Origin: an uncultured Planctomycetaceae bacterium
GTDB taxonomy: Bacteria; Planctomycetota; Planctomycetia; Pirellulales; UBA1268
Direction of reading: 5' to 3'
DNA length: 55,580 nucleotides
Assembly: GCA_903919035.1 (NCBI GenBank)
Contig: CAIXGY010000108.1
Location: forward strand, 1-55,580
Below, piece by piece: positions 11,309 through 22,006 of the stretch (position 1 is the first letter of the stretch; each line of letters opens with the position of its first letter). The position numbers were made by a program, and so were the translations under genes. The notes under the pieces were generated by a model, which was not told where the DNA came from, did no database searches, and was given only the letters and a program-made list of their open reading frames with translations.

Positions 11309-12157
11309 GTGAGCATCCATCCGTTGGCCGTGGTGAGTCCCGAAGCCCGTCTCGGCGCGGGCGTGACGATCGCCGCATTCGCCACCGTCGAGGCCGACGT
11401 CGAACTCGGCGACCATTGCCGCATCGGTTCTGGTGCGGTTGTGAAGTCGGGTGTCACGGCCGGCTGTCACAACGAGTTCGCCGAGCATGTCGTGATCGGC
11501 GGCGCGCCGCAGCATGCCGCCCGTCCCGAGCACGTCGGCCGCGTGGTCGTGGGTGATCACAACGTCTTCCGGGAATTCGTCACCGTCCACCGATCCCTCA
11601 AGCCCGGCACGGCGACCGTGGTCGGCAATCACAACTATGTCATGGCGGGCGTGCACTTCGGCCATGACGTGACCGTCGGCAGCAACTGCATCTTCGCCAA
11701 CAACGGCTTGCTGGGGGGCCACGCCACCGTTGAGGATCGGGCCTTCGTCTCGGGAGCGGTGGCCGTGCACCAATTCTGCCGCATCGGCCGCCTCGCCATG
11801 GTCGGCGGGCACGCTCGGGTCGTGCAGGACGTGCCTCCGTACATGCTCATCGACGGACACAGCGGTTGCGTGTGCGGGCTGAACGTGGTCGGCCTCCGCC
11901 GCTCCGGTCACACCGCGGCCGACATCACCGAACTGAAGGATGCGTACCGCGTCATCTACCGCCGCGGCCTGACGTGGAAGCAGGTGCTGGAAACCCTGCA
12001 CGCAGACTTCGGGTCGGGCCCGGTGGCCCACCTTCGCGACTTCCTCGGCTGCGGCACCCGGGGCTTCGCGCAGGAGCGCCGCGCGCCGCCGGCGACGACG
12101 CTACGGCTGCGGGTTCCCGACGAGGACGCCATGGCGGTGCGGGCCAAGGCAGGCTGA
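11309..12157 (+). CDS. lpxA: Acyl-ACP--UDP-N-acetylglucosamine O-acyltransferase (LpxA family)
   Basis: Hexapeptide left-handed beta-helix, IHPLAVV start, HFGHD catalytic His region, VHQFCRIG, GLNVVGLRR; GTG start after GAAAGGGA. Confidence 0.9.
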   Translation: MSIHPLAVVSPEARLGAGVTIAAFATVEADVELGDHCRIGSGAVVKSGVTAGCHNEFAEHVVIGGAPQHAARPEHVGRVVVGDHNVFREFVTVHRSLKPGTATVVGNHNYVMAGVHFGHDVTVGSNCIFANNGLLGGHATVEDRAFVSGAVAVHQFCRIGRLAMVGGHARVVQDVPPYMLIDGHSGCVCGLNVVGLRRSGHTAADITELKDAYRVIYRRGLTWKQVLETLHADFGSGPVAHLRDFLGCGTRGFAQERRAPPATTLRLRVPDEDAMAVRAKAG

Positions 12158-12168
12158 CCCTCAGTGGG

Positions 12169-13320
12169 TCACTCGCCGGACGCGGCCGCCTCGTCGAGTC
12201 CGTACCGCTGCAGTTTGCGGCGGAGCACCGACCGATCGATGCCGAGCATCTTGGCGGCGAGCGACTTGTTTTGCATGGTCGCGGCCAGCGTGCGCTCCAG
12301 GTGCACCCGCTCCACGTCGGCCAGCGTCGGCCAGGCTTCGTCCTTCGTGGCCGCGGGAGCGGCGGGAGCGACCGGGGCGGCCACTGGGGCCGGCTTCACC
12401 TTCGGCTCCACGCGGAACACGCCGGGCAAGGCCGTGGGTGAGACGATGCCACGGTTCGCAGCCGACGCCATCGCGGCGGCAGCGACCGGCGGGGCCGCGC
12501 GGGCGGGTTCCGGGGGCTCCGCGGCGGGCGGCGCGTCGACGCCCATGAGTCCGGTCAGCGCGTCGGGATCGATTTCCTCTCCCGACGAGAACATCACGGC
12601 CCGTTCCAGGACGTTTTCCAGTTCGCGGACGTTGCCGGGCCAGGCGTAGCCCTGGAGCACCTCGATCGCGGCCGGGGAAAGCGTGCACATCGGCATGCCG
12701 TGACGGGCCGCGAGTTCGGCCAGGTAGCGTTCGGCCAGCACCGGCACGTCCTCTGGCCGGTCCTTCAAACCGACCGTCCGGATCGCGACCACGTTGAGGC
12801 GATAAAAGAGATCCTCGCGAAACCGGCCCGCGTCGACCTCCCGGGCCAGGTCACGGTTCGTCGCGGCCAGCACCCGGACGTTGACGGGAATCTCCTGGTG
12901 ACTGCCCACGGGCACGACGACCCGTTGCTGCAGCACCCGCAGCAACTTGGCCTGCAATTCCAGCTCCATCTCCCCGATCTCGTCGAGAAAGATCGTGCCG
13001 GAGTCGGCCGCGCGGAAGCAGCCCAGCGTGGCCGACGAGGCCCCCGTGAACGAGCCTTTCACGTGGCCGAACATATGGCTCACGAACAGCGTACCGGTGG
13101 TGACCGCACAATCGACGGGAATGAATGGTTTTGCCGACCGCGTGCTACAGCCGTGAATGGCCCGAGCGATGAGTTCCTTGCCCGTGCCGCTGGGGCCCAT
13201 GATCAGGACGCTCGACTGGTGGGCGGCGACCAGTTCGATCGACCGCCGGACCTGCTCCGCCCAGGCGGATACGCCGGCGATCCGCTGAAGCGCAGCCTCG
13301 GCTCGTTTGTGATCCGTCAT
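12169..13320 (-). CDS. Sigma54-dependent enhancer-binding protein (AAA+ plus Fis HTH) lacking an N-terminal sensory domain
   Basis: Walker A GPSGTGKE, GSFTGA loop, Walker B FLDEIGE, FREDLFYRLNV, WPGNVRELEN, C-terminal AAKMLGIDRSVLRRKL; start 13320 or 13329. Confidence 0.9.
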   Translation of the reverse strand: MTDHKRAEAALQRIAGVSAWAEQVRRSIELVAAHQSSVLIMGPSGTGKELIARAIHGCSTRSAKPFIPVDCAVTTGTLFVSHMFGHVKGSFTGASSATLGCFRAADSGTIFLDEIGEMELELQAKLLRVLQQRVVVPVGSHQEIPVNVRVLAATNRDLAREVDAGRFREDLFYRLNVVAIRTVGLKDRPEDVPVLAERYLAELAARHGMPMCTLSPAAIEVLQGYAWPGNVRELENVLERAVMFSSGEEIDPDALTGLMGVDAPPAAEPPEPARAAPPVAAAAMASAANRGIVSPTALPGVFRVEPKVKPAPVAAPVAPAAPAATKDEAWPTLADVERVHLERTLAATMQNKSLAAKMLGIDRSVLRRKLQRYGLDEAAASGE

Positions 13321-13589
13321 GGAAGCCATCGGGGAAGCCACCGGTCGCAGAAGACCCTCGTACGATATACCGGACTTCACCCGAGCCTGCCAGAACCCGG
13401 CGGAGCTCAGCGTGATCCGTCCACCAGCCACGAACCCCCTCGCACGACGGGTTCCGGGTGGGGCGATTGTGCCGCTTCCGCGGGGCTCGGCCTTTTTTTC
13501 CGGATCCGGAAGGTCGCCCGGCCGGGAAAGGTAGGCAAAGATTGAGGATCGCGGCCAGATGCCGTGCGCTCGTTCGACCCGGCTCACGC

Positions 13590-14963
13590 ATGACTCACGC
13601 CTTTCCAGCCGACCAGTCGGCCACTCCCCCGGTGTCACGACCGACGCAGCCTGCGGCCGTCCGCCCGGCCACCGATCGGCGCTGGCCGTGGCTGGCCGGC
13701 GTGGCGCTCGCCATGGCGGCCGCCGCCGGCTGGTGGATGCTGGACCGTCTCCTCGTCGATCGCAGCCCCATCGTCGTCGGCATCCTCCATTCGCGAACCG
13801 GTCCCATGGCCGTCAGCGAGAACGCCATGATCGACGCCGAGGTGCTCGCCCTGGAGGAGATCAATCGCTCCGGCGGCCTGCTCGGACGTCCGGTCCGGTG
13901 GGTCGTCGCCGACGGGGCGAGCGACTGGCAGACGTTTGCCAGGCAGGCGGAGCGACTCATTCGCGACGAGAAGGTGAGCGTCATCTTCGGCTGCTGGACG
14001 AGCGCCTGCCGCAAGGGTGTCCTGCCGGTCGTCGAAGCGGCCGATCATCTGCTCCTCTATCCGATGGCCTACGAGGGCATCGAGCAGTCGCCGAACATCG
14101 TCTATACGGGCGCGGCGCCGAACCAGCAGATCACGCCCGCGGTGCAGTGGTGCCACGACGTGCTCGGGGCCCGGAAATTCTTCCTTGTGGGCTCCGACTA
14201 CGTCTGGCCCCGCTGTGTCAACGCCATCATCGTCGACCATCTCAAGGGCATCGGCGCCGAGATCGTCGGCGAGGCCTACATCCCCTTCGGCAGCACCGCC
14301 GTGGAGGATGTCGTCGCCTCGATCGCGTCCGCCAAGCCCGACGTGATCCTCGCCAGCGTGCCCGGCGACTCTGGACTCGCCTTCGCCCGCGGCCTGCGGG
14401 CGGCGGGCATCCGCCCCGACGACACGCCGGTCGTGACGTTCGCGATCGGCGAGAACGAACTGGCCAATGCGGCGGGCGTCGACATGGTGGGAGATTATGC
14501 GGCCTGGAATTACTTCCAGAGCCTCGACCGCCCCGAGAACCAGGCCTTCGTGCGGGCGTTCAAGGCGGCCTATGGCGCCGACCGCACCACCTCGGACGTG
14601 ATCGTGGCCTCCTACAACAGCGTGCGGCTCTGGGCACAGGCGGTGCGCGAGGCCGGCACCACCGATGTCCGCCAGGTCCGCGGCCCGCTCCGGCATCAGA
14701 GCCTCGCCGCCCCCGAAGGCATCATCGCGGTCGACCCCGAGACGCAGCACTGCTGGCGACCGGTGTTCATCGGTCGGGCCCGGGCGGACGGCCAGTTCGA
14801 CGTCGTCTGGTCGAGTCGCACCGCGGTGCGGCCGGTTCCGTTCCCCATCTCACGATCCCGGGCCGAGTGGGAGCGGTTCGTGGCGGATCTGTACCAGTCG
14901 TGGGGAGGCCGCTGGGCCAACCCCTCGGGAAAAGCCGAGACCGGCGGCAGGAGCGGCGGATGA
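13590..14963 (+). CDS. Membrane-anchored urea/short-chain amide-binding protein (UrtA/AmiC family)
   Basis: [55 protein letters not shown] are typical UrtA-family motifs; one TM near the N-terminus. Confidence 0.9.
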   Translation: MTHAFPADQSATPPVSRPTQPAAVRPATDRRWPWLAGVALAMAAAAGWWMLDRLLVDRSPIVVGILHSRTGPMAVSENAMIDAEVLALEEINRSGGLLGRPVRWVVADGASDWQTFARQAERLIRDEKVSVIFGCWTSACRKGVLPVVEAADHLLLYPMAYEGIEQSPNIVYTGAAPNQQITPAVQWCHDVLGARKFFLVGSDYVWPRCVNAIIVDHLKGIGAEIVGEAYIPFGSTAVEDVVASIASAKPDVILASVPGDSGLAFARGLRAAGIRPDDTPVVTFAIGENELANAAGVDMVGDYAAWNYFQSLDRPENQAFVRAFKAAYGADRTTSDVIVASYNSVRLWAQAVREAGTTDVRQVRGPLRHQSLAAPEGIIAVDPETQHCWRPVFIGRARADGQFDVVWSSRTAVRPVPFPISRSRAEWERFVADLYQSWGGRWANPSGKAETGGRSGG

Positions 14964-16981
14964 ACGACGCCCACCACGCCGGCGCGGGCACACGGCGGTC
15001 GATCGCCGGCCGGCTCGTCTTTTGGTTCCTCGTGATCGCGCTCATTCCCTGCGCCATCCTCACGGCGATCACCGCGCGGATCGCGTCGCGGGCACTCGAG
15101 GACTCAGTCCGCACGAACCTACTGCAGATCGCCGCGGCCAAGTCGGGCGAACTCGAGGCCTACGCCGCCGAGCGGGTCCGCGACGGGGCCGCGCTGGCCC
15201 GCGGACCGAGCTTCGTGAACGCCCTGCGCGAACTCGCCGCCATCCCGGACGGCCCCGACGTGGGCCGGAGGCTCGCCGCCCAGTGCCGCGACCTGGAGTC
15301 CTATTTCGTCTACGTCGCGAAATCGTTCGGCTACGTGCAACTCCTGCTGATCGACGAGTCCGGCCGCGTCGTCTACGCCATGGACGATGCGATTCCCCCG
15401 GGGACGTCGGTCGTATCGGGAGGCCTCTCGGCGTCCGAACTGGCGGCCGGGTTCGATCGGGCGCGGACGCTGCTGCAGTCGGAGTTGGGGAGCTTCCAGC
15501 CCTCCGGCGCCTCGGGCGAGCCGATCGCCTACGTGACCTGTCCCGTGTTCGACGAGGGCAAGGTGATCGGCGTGCTGGCGCTGGGCCTGGGCACCCAGCG
15601 GATCTGGCAGGTGCTCTCCGACCTCACCGGCCTCGGCGACAGCGGCGAAATCGTGGCCGTCCAACGCCAGGACGGCGCGGCCCTGGTCACGACCCCACTG
15701 CGGCACGTGCCGGATGCCGCGTTCCGCATGCAGATCCCGGTCGGCGGCCCGCAGGGCGTGGGGGCACAGCGGGCGGCCAACGGCGAACGCGGCTACGGCC
15801 TGGTGCGGGACTACCGCGGCGCGGAGGTCGTGGCGGCCTGGTGCTATCTGCCGAGCTTCCGCTGGGGGATGAACGTCAAGCAGGATGCCGACGAGGCCTT
15901 CGCGCTCGTCCGCTTCCAGAAACTCGCGATCATGGGCCTGTCGCTCGCCACGATCGTGGGCGTGACGCTGGCGGCGCTGCTCGTCGCCCGCACGATCTCC
16001 AACCCGATCCGGACGGCCGTGAGCGTGGCCAAGCAGGTGGCCGGGGGTGATCTCCGGGCCGAGGTGCTGCCCACCACCGATGACGAGACGGGTGCGCTGC
16101 TCGGTGCGATCCAGACCATGACCGACGACCTCCGGGGCCTCATCGGACGCATCCAACGATCGAGCGTGGCCCTCATCTCCACGGCCACCGCGATCCAGGC
16201 GACCAGCAGCGAGCAGCAGCAGGTGATCGCCGACTACGGCGCCTCGACGAGCCAGGCCGTGGCCGCCGTCAAGCAGATCTCGGTGACGAGCCAGGAACTG
16301 CTCCGCACCATGACCGAGGTCAACGACATGGCCGGCCACACCGGAACGATGGCCGCCGAGGGCCGCGGCAACCTCGAGGGCATGGATGGCACCATGCGAC
16401 AACTCGCCGCGAGCACCTCGTCGTTCGGCGCGAAGCTCGCCGTGATCAGCGAGCGGGCGGCGAACATCAACCTCGCGGTGACGACGATCACGAAGGTGGC
16501 CGACCAGACCAACCTGCTGTCGATCAACGCCGCCATCGAGGCCGAGAAGGCGGGCGAGTACGGGCTCGGATTCCTGGTGGTGGCCCGCGAGATCCGCCGG
16601 CTCGCCGACCAGACGGCCGTGGCGTCGCTCGACATCGAGCGGATGGTGAAGGAGATGCAGAACAGCGTCTCCTCCGGGGTCATGGAGATGGACAAGTTCG
16701 CGGAACAGGTCCGCGCGGGCGTCCACGAGATCGGCGAGGTGTCGACCAAGCTCGGCGACATCATCACCGCCGTGCAGGGCATTTCGGGCCGGTTCGGCCA
16801 GGTCACCGAGGGCATGCGGGCGCAGTCGCAGGGCGCGGAGCAGATCCGCGAGGCGATGATCCGCCTGGCCGAGGGGGCCACCCGCACGGCTTCGTCGCTC
16901 GACGACTTCAACAAGGCCACGGTGCACCTCCGCGACGCCGTCGGCGACCTCAAGGAGGAGGTGTCGCGCTTCACGGTTTGA
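14960..16981 (+). CDS. Methyl-accepting chemotaxis protein (WspA-like; periplasmic Cache-like domain, HAMP)
   Basis: ATGA overlap with the upstream gene; two TMs; signalling tip [40 protein letters not shown] characteristic of WspA-class receptors. Confidence 0.93.
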   Translation: MNDAHHAGAGTRRSIAGRLVFWFLVIALIPCAILTAITARIASRALEDSVRTNLLQIAAAKSGELEAYAAERVRDGAALARGPSFVNALRELAAIPDGPDVGRRLAAQCRDLESYFVYVAKSFGYVQLLLIDESGRVVYAMDDAIPPGTSVVSGGLSASELAAGFDRARTLLQSELGSFQPSGASGEPIAYVTCPVFDEGKVIGVLALGLGTQRIWQVLSDLTGLGDSGEIVAVQRQDGAALVTTPLRHVPDAAFRMQIPVGGPQGVGAQRAANGERGYGLVRDYRGAEVVAAWCYLPSFRWGMNVKQDADEAFALVRFQKLAIMGLSLATIVGVTLAALLVARTISNPIRTAVSVAKQVAGGDLRAEVLPTTDDETGALLGAIQTMTDDLRGLIGRIQRSSVALISTATAIQATSSEQQQVIADYGASTSQAVAAVKQISVTSQELLRTMTEVNDMAGHTGTMAAEGRGNLEGMDGTMRQLAASTSSFGAKLAVISERAANINLAVTTITKVADQTNLLSINAAIEAEKAGEYGLGFLVVAREIRRLADQTAVASLDIERMVKEMQNSVSSGVMEMDKFAEQVRAGVHEIGEVSTKLGDIITAVQGISGRFGQVTEGMRAQSQGAEQIREAMIRLAEGATRTASSLDDFNKATVHLRDAVGDLKEEVSRFTV

Positions 16982-17083
16982 CCGCGTCGCGCGGCGGCTG
17001 GCGGAGGCCCCGAGCCGCGCATCCCGTATGCTCGACGGGGAGGCGGGATTCGCACTGCCGGATGTCGGCTCTCCAGTGACACT

Positions 17084-17575
17084 ATGCAACTCCTCACCTT
17101 CACCGTCGCCGGCCAGGCCTACGCGGTCGAGTCGCGCACCGTGGTGGAGGTCCTGCCGCTGGTGCCCGCGCGGCCGATTCCCCATACGCCCGCCTATGTC
17201 CGCGGGATCTTTTCCTACCGCGGCGGCCTCGTGCCGCTCGTCGATCTCGGCATTCGGCTCGGCGGTTCGCCTCCCGAGCCGCGGCTGAGCACGCGGGTGA
17301 TCGTGGTCGAATGCGCGCCGTCCGGTGCCGGCCACCCGCGCCGGCTGGGCCTCGTCGCCGAGAACGTGATCGCGATCCGGTCGTCGGGGGATGCGGAGGC
17401 CGAATCGCCGGCCTGGCAACTGCCCGACGCTCCCTTCCTGGGCCGCCTCATCCGGCTCCGCGACGGCACCATCCAACTGCTCGACGCGTCGCGGCTCCTG
17501 CCGGCCGACCTCGCCACCGGCCTCTTCCCCGACTCGCAACCCGTCCCCGTCCCCGCGCCGACGACCCAGCCATGA
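17084..17575 (+). CDS. CheW-like coupling protein (WspB-like)
   Basis: MQLLTFTVAGQAYA..VVEVLP, YRGGLVPLVDL, LGLVAENV. Confidence 0.9.
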   Translation: MQLLTFTVAGQAYAVESRTVVEVLPLVPARPIPHTPAYVRGIFSYRGGLVPLVDLGIRLGGSPPEPRLSTRVIVVECAPSGAGHPRRLGLVAENVIAIRSSGDAEAESPAWQLPDAPFLGRLIRLRDGTIQLLDASRLLPADLATGLFPDSQPVPVPAPTTQP

Positions 17576-18810
17576 CCGCCGCCCAGGCAGCCACCACCGC
17601 CGCGTCCGTCGAGGATCTGCTCCGCCGCTGGCTCGGCCTCGACGTGACCACCCTGGGCAGCACGGCGCTCTCCCGGGCGATCCGCGGCCGGATGCAGGCC
17701 ACGGGCCTGACCGATCCCGCCGTGTACGCCGCCCGCGTCCAGGCAGACGAGGCCGAGCGCGACGCGCTCGTCGAGGACGTGGTCGTGGCCGAGAGTTGGT
17801 TCTTCCGGGATCCGCAGGTCTTCGCCTTCGTGAGTCACGTCGCCACCACGCTCGCAGCGTTGCCCGGCCGGGCGCCCGTGCGGATCCTGTCGGCACCCTG
17901 CGCGGCGGGAGAGGAGCCCTATTCCATCGCCATGGCACTGCTCGACGCGGGGCTCGAGCCCGGCCAGTTCACGGTGGATGCGGTCGACGTCAGCCGGATC
18001 GCCCTCGCCCGCGCCGCCCGCGGCCGGTACTCGGTCAACGCGTTCCGCAACGCCGACCTGTCGTTCCGCGACCGGTGGTTTCACGCTGCCGACGGGGCGG
18101 CGGTGATCGACGACCGGGTTCGCGGCCCAGTCTCCTTCTCGTGGGCGAATCTACTCGACGAGGGCTTCCGTGCCGGGCGGGGCATCTACGACATCATCTT
18201 CTGCCGCAATCTGCTCATCTACCTCGACACGGAGGCCCGCGGCCGCGTCGAGCGGACGCTCGACGCCCTGCTGGCCACCGACGGCGTCCTGGTGCTCGGG
18301 GCCGCGGAGCCGCCGATCCTGCGGGGCGGATGGATTCCGGCAGGAGGCCTCTCGGTCTTCGCCCTACGTCGCGGCCCACGCGCCGCGGACTCCGGCCCGC
18401 GGGCCGCGACTCGGAGCGCGACTGCCAAGGCGCCGGCCCGCCGGACGGTCGACCGCCCACCGGAGACCGCCCCCGTCGCACCGGTGGCCCCGCTCGACGA
18501 GGTGCTGCGAGAGGCCGGGGCCCTGGCCAATGCGGGCAGCCTGACCGAGGCCCTGGCGCTCTGCGAGCGGGCCCGGCACGAGCGGGCGCCCGCGCCGGAA
18601 TTGTTCTTCCTCATGGGGATGATCCACCAGTCGGCCGGTGATCTCGACCGGGCCGAGGGCTGCTTCCACAAGACCCTGTATCTCGACGCCGCCCACGACG
18701 AGGCGCTCCTGGCCCTGGCGCTGCTCGCGGCCCAGCGGGGCGATGACCGCATGGCCGCGACCTACCGGCAGTCGGCGGCGCGGGCGCTCGCCCGCAGGGA
18801 GGCTCCATGA
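17572..18810 (+). CDS. CheR methyltransferase with C-terminal TPR (WspC-like)
   Basis: ESWFFRDP, ILSAPCAAGEEPYSIAM, DIIFCRNLLIY; TPR tail (FHKTLYLDAAHDEALLAL); ATGA overlap. Confidence 0.92.
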   Translation: MTAAQAATTAASVEDLLRRWLGLDVTTLGSTALSRAIRGRMQATGLTDPAVYAARVQADEAERDALVEDVVVAESWFFRDPQVFAFVSHVATTLAALPGRAPVRILSAPCAAGEEPYSIAMALLDAGLEPGQFTVDAVDVSRIALARAARGRYSVNAFRNADLSFRDRWFHAADGAAVIDDRVRGPVSFSWANLLDEGFRAGRGIYDIIFCRNLLIYLDTEARGRVERTLDALLATDGVLVLGAAEPPILRGGWIPAGGLSVFALRRGPRAADSGPRAATRSATAKAPARRTVDRPPETAPVAPVAPLDEVLREAGALANAGSLTEALALCERARHERAPAPELFFLMGMIHQSAGDLDRAEGCFHKTLYLDAAHDEALLALALLAAQRGDDRMAATYRQSAARALARREAP

Positions 18811-19520
18811 TCGACCGCCACCGCGAGCCTCCGCCCACGGTCGAGGCCCCGATGCCGGAATGCTGGCGGATCGTCGGCGTCTCCGGCGATCGCTCCTGCC
18901 CCGAACTCGAGACCTTCATCCACTGCCGCAACTGCCCGGTGCTGGCCGAGGCCGCCCGCACGTTCTTCGATCGCGCCGCACCCGAGGGCTACCTCGACGA
19001 GTGGCGGGCCATTCTCGAGGAGCCGGCCGCGTCAATCGACTCCGGAACGACGAGCGTGCTCGTCTTCCGGCTCGAACGGGAGTGGTTCGCGCTTCCCGCC
19101 CAGGTGCTCGTCGAGGTGACGACGGTGCGGCCGCTCCATCGGATTCCGCATCGCGCCGGCGGTGGGCTGGCGGGCATCGTCAACATCCGCGGCCAGTTGC
19201 AGTTGTGCGCGTCGCTCCACGCGTTGCTCGGCCTGCCTGGGGGGCCGGGGTCGGCGACGGCCACCGCGGACGCCGCGACGTCCCGGATGTTCGTGGTCGA
19301 ACGAACCGGCGATCGGGGCCTGGAACGGTGGGTGCTCGGGGCCGACGAGGTTGCCGGCGTCCACCGCCTGGCGCGGACGTCCGTGCGGGCGGTGCCCTCG
19401 ACCGTGAGCCATGCCCAGGCCCGCTGTTCGGCGGCGCTCTTCGATTGGCAGGATCGCACGGTCGGCCTTCTCGACGAGGCGCGGGTCTTCGAGGGTCTGC
19501 TCGGGATGGTGACGGCATGA
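18807..19520 (+). CDS. CheW-like protein with N-terminal Cys motif (WspD-like)
   Basis: CWRIVGVSGDRSCPEL..IHCRNCPV N-terminus typical of WspD, followed by a CheW domain. Confidence 0.9.
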   Translation: MIDRHREPPPTVEAPMPECWRIVGVSGDRSCPELETFIHCRNCPVLAEAARTFFDRAAPEGYLDEWRAILEEPAASIDSGTTSVLVFRLEREWFALPAQVLVEVTTVRPLHRIPHRAGGGLAGIVNIRGQLQLCASLHALLGLPGGPGSATATADAATSRMFVVERTGDRGLERWVLGADEVAGVHRLARTSVRAVPSTVSHAQARCSAALFDWQDRTVGLLDEARVFEGLLGMVTA

Positions 19521-19563
19521 TCGGCTTCCGGACGGAACACGTCGACGCGACGGGGAGGCGGCC

Positions 19564-21894
19564 GTGGCCGACGACCTGAGCGGATTCTCGATGCTCGAGC
19601 TGTTCCGGCTGGAGGCCGAGAGCCAGACGGCCGTCCTCTCGGCCGGCGTGCTGGCCATCGAGGAGTTGGAGCGGTCGCCAGCCACGATCGAGTCGCTGAT
19701 GCGGGCTGCGCACTCCCTGAAGGGAGCCGCTCGGATCGTCAACCTGGAGCCCGCGGTGCGGGTGGCCCACGCGCTCGAGGACGTGTTCGTCGCGGCCGGC
19801 AAGGGCACCTGTCGCGTGGGCCCCGACCATGCCGACCTCCTGCTCGCCGCGATCGATTTCCTGGGAGCGATCGCCCGGTCGGACGACGCGCTCGCCGCAG
19901 ATGGACCGTGGACGAGCCGCGCCGACGACCTCGTGGGCCGACTCGCCGGACTCCTGAGCGGGGCCCCGGGAACACCGGCGACCACGTCGCCCGCGCGTCC
20001 GCGGGCCGCCGAGCCTGCCGAGCCTGTCGCGCCTGTCGAGCCTGCCGAGCCTCCGCCGGCCCCGGCCCAGCCCCCCGCGACCGCGACCGCAACCGCGACC
20101 GTGCCAGCCGAAGCCGAACGGCAGCCAGCGAAGGCCCTCGACGGAGGCGACCGCGTCGTCCGCGTCTCCGCCGACAGTCTCACGCGGCTGGTCGGCCTCG
20201 CGGGCGAGTCGCTCGTCGAGGCCCGCCAACTGCGGCCGTTCGTCGACTCACTCCTGCAACTTCGCGGCGTCGAGGTCGATCTCTGCGACCGGCTGACGGG
20301 GCTGGAGGAGCGGATCCGGGCGGCTGAGTTCGCGGTGCCGGCCGCGCTGCCCTCCATGCTCGCCTCCGCTCGCGAGCGGGCCGACGCCTGCCTCGCCCGG
20401 CTCACCGATCTCGTCGAGGACTTCGAGGCCTTCGCCCGCCGCAACGAGGACCTCTCCAACCGTCTCCACCACGAGGTGATCGCGAGCCGGATGCGGCCGC
20501 TCGCCGACGGCATCCGCGGCTTTCCACGACTGGTGCGGGACCTGGCCCGCACCCTCGGCAAGCAGATCCGCTTCGAGGTCCGCGGCGAGCAGACCGGGGT
20601 GGATCGTGACATTCTCGACAAGCTCGAGGCGCCGCTGTCGCACCTCATCCGCAATGCCGTCGACCACGGACTGGAGACGCCGACGGAGCGCGAGACCGCG
20701 GGCAAGGATCCGGTGGGCGCCGTGCGGCTCGAGGCCCGACATCGTGCGGGCATGCTCCACATCACGCTCACCGACGATGGCCGTGGCATCGACGTGGAGC
20801 GGCTCCGCGCCCGGGCGGTGGCCCGCAGCCTCGTGGCCCCGGCCGTGGCCGAGCATCTCACGGAACTCGAACTGCTCGAATTCCTGTTTCTGCCCGGCTT
20901 CTCCACCAAGGACGCGGTGACGGAGATTTCCGGCCGTGGGGTGGGCCTCGACGTGGTCCAGAGCATGGTCAAGGGCGTGGGGGGCAGTGTCCGCGTCGCC
21001 ACGCAGCCCGGCCGACAGACCGTGTTCACGCTTCAGCTGCCGATCACGATGTCGGTGATCCGCGCGCTGCTCGTCGACATCGGCGGCGAACCCTACGCGT
21101 TTCCCCTCACCCGCATCGATCAGATCCTCTTCTGCCCGCAGGCCGACATCCGCACGATCGAGGGCCGCCAGTACATCGACCGCGACGGGCAGTCGATCGG
21201 ACTGGTCATGGCGGCCCAGATTCTCGACCTGCCGCCGGGGCAGCCGGCCGATCCGCTGCCGATCGTGGTGGTGAGCGACCGCGGACAGCAGTTCGGCATG
21301 ATCGTCGACGCCTTCCGCGGCGAGCGCGACCTCGAGGTTCGACCGCTCGATTCCCGGCTCGGGAAGGTGGCCGACATCAATTCGGCGTCCCTGCTCGAGA
21401 ACGGCAACCCGGTGCTGATCGTGGACGTCGAGGATCTCGTCCGCTCGATCGACAACGTGCTCATGGGGCGGCGGTTGTCGCGGGTGGAATTCGAGAAACT
21501 CGCCGAGCAGGCGCGGCAGCGAAAGCGGATCCTCGTGGTCGACGACTCGATCACCGTCCGTGAACTCGAGCGGCAGTTGCTCGCGGCCCGCGGCTACGCC
21601 GTGGACGTCGCGATCGACGGCATGGACGGCTGGAACGCGATCCGCTCGGCCCACTACGACCTCGTCGTCACCGACGTCGACATGCCGCGCATGGACGGGA
21701 TCGGCCTCGTGTCGCTCATCAAGTCGGATCCGGCCCGCAAGGACATCCCGGTGGTGATCGTCTCCTACAAGGATCGGGAGGAGGATCGTCTCCGGGGCCT
21801 CGACGCCGGGGCCAACCGCTACCTCACGAAGAGCAGTTTCCACGACGCCACGTTCGTCGATACGATCACGGACCTGATCGGGACGGCGACGTAG
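19564..21894 (+). CDS. Hybrid CheA histidine kinase-receiver (WspE-like)
   Basis: Hpt AAHSLKGAA, HLIRNAVDHG, GFSTKDAVTEISGRGVGLDVV, CheW domain, C-terminal REC (VVDDS...TDVDMP). Confidence 0.95.
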   Translation: MADDLSGFSMLELFRLEAESQTAVLSAGVLAIEELERSPATIESLMRAAHSLKGAARIVNLEPAVRVAHALEDVFVAAGKGTCRVGPDHADLLLAAIDFLGAIARSDDALAADGPWTSRADDLVGRLAGLLSGAPGTPATTSPARPRAAEPAEPVAPVEPAEPPPAPAQPPATATATATVPAEAERQPAKALDGGDRVVRVSADSLTRLVGLAGESLVEARQLRPFVDSLLQLRGVEVDLCDRLTGLEERIRAAEFAVPAALPSMLASARERADACLARLTDLVEDFEAFARRNEDLSNRLHHEVIASRMRPLADGIRGFPRLVRDLARTLGKQIRFEVRGEQTGVDRDILDKLEAPLSHLIRNAVDHGLETPTERETAGKDPVGAVRLEARHRAGMLHITLTDDGRGIDVERLRARAVARSLVAPAVAEHLTELELLEFLFLPGFSTKDAVTEISGRGVGLDVVQSMVKGVGGSVRVATQPGRQTVFTLQLPITMSVIRALLVDIGGEPYAFPLTRIDQILFCPQADIRTIEGRQYIDRDGQSIGLVMAAQILDLPPGQPADPLPIVVVSDRGQQFGMIVDAFRGERDLEVRPLDSRLGKVADINSASLLENGNPVLIVDVEDLVRSIDNVLMGRRLSRVEFEKLAEQARQRKRILVVDDSITVRELERQLLAARGYAVDVAIDGMDGWNAIRSAHYDLVVTDVDMPRMDGIGLVSLIKSDPARKDIPVVIVSYKDREEDRLRGLDAGANRYLTKSSFHDATFVDTITDLIGTAT

Positions 21895-22006
21895 CCTCCT
21901 CGCCGTCACTGGCCCGCGGGCATGCGTCCGGCAACGGGCTGCCCGGGTCGACAGCGCGGCGTCCGGCGGCCATGATGGTCGAGCGCGAAAAGGGGGTAGG
22001 ACGCTG

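Noticed and set aside
13559-16981. 1140-aa ORF as a giant fused chemoreceptor
   Set aside because: The first ~467 codons are an off-frame shadow of the UrtA-like gene; the real start is the ATG at 14960 overlapping its stop
20011-20052. 9-bp tandem repeats in cheA (GAGCCTGCC variants)
   Set aside because: They encode the Pro/Ala/Glu interdomain linker; not a CRISPR array or contingency locus
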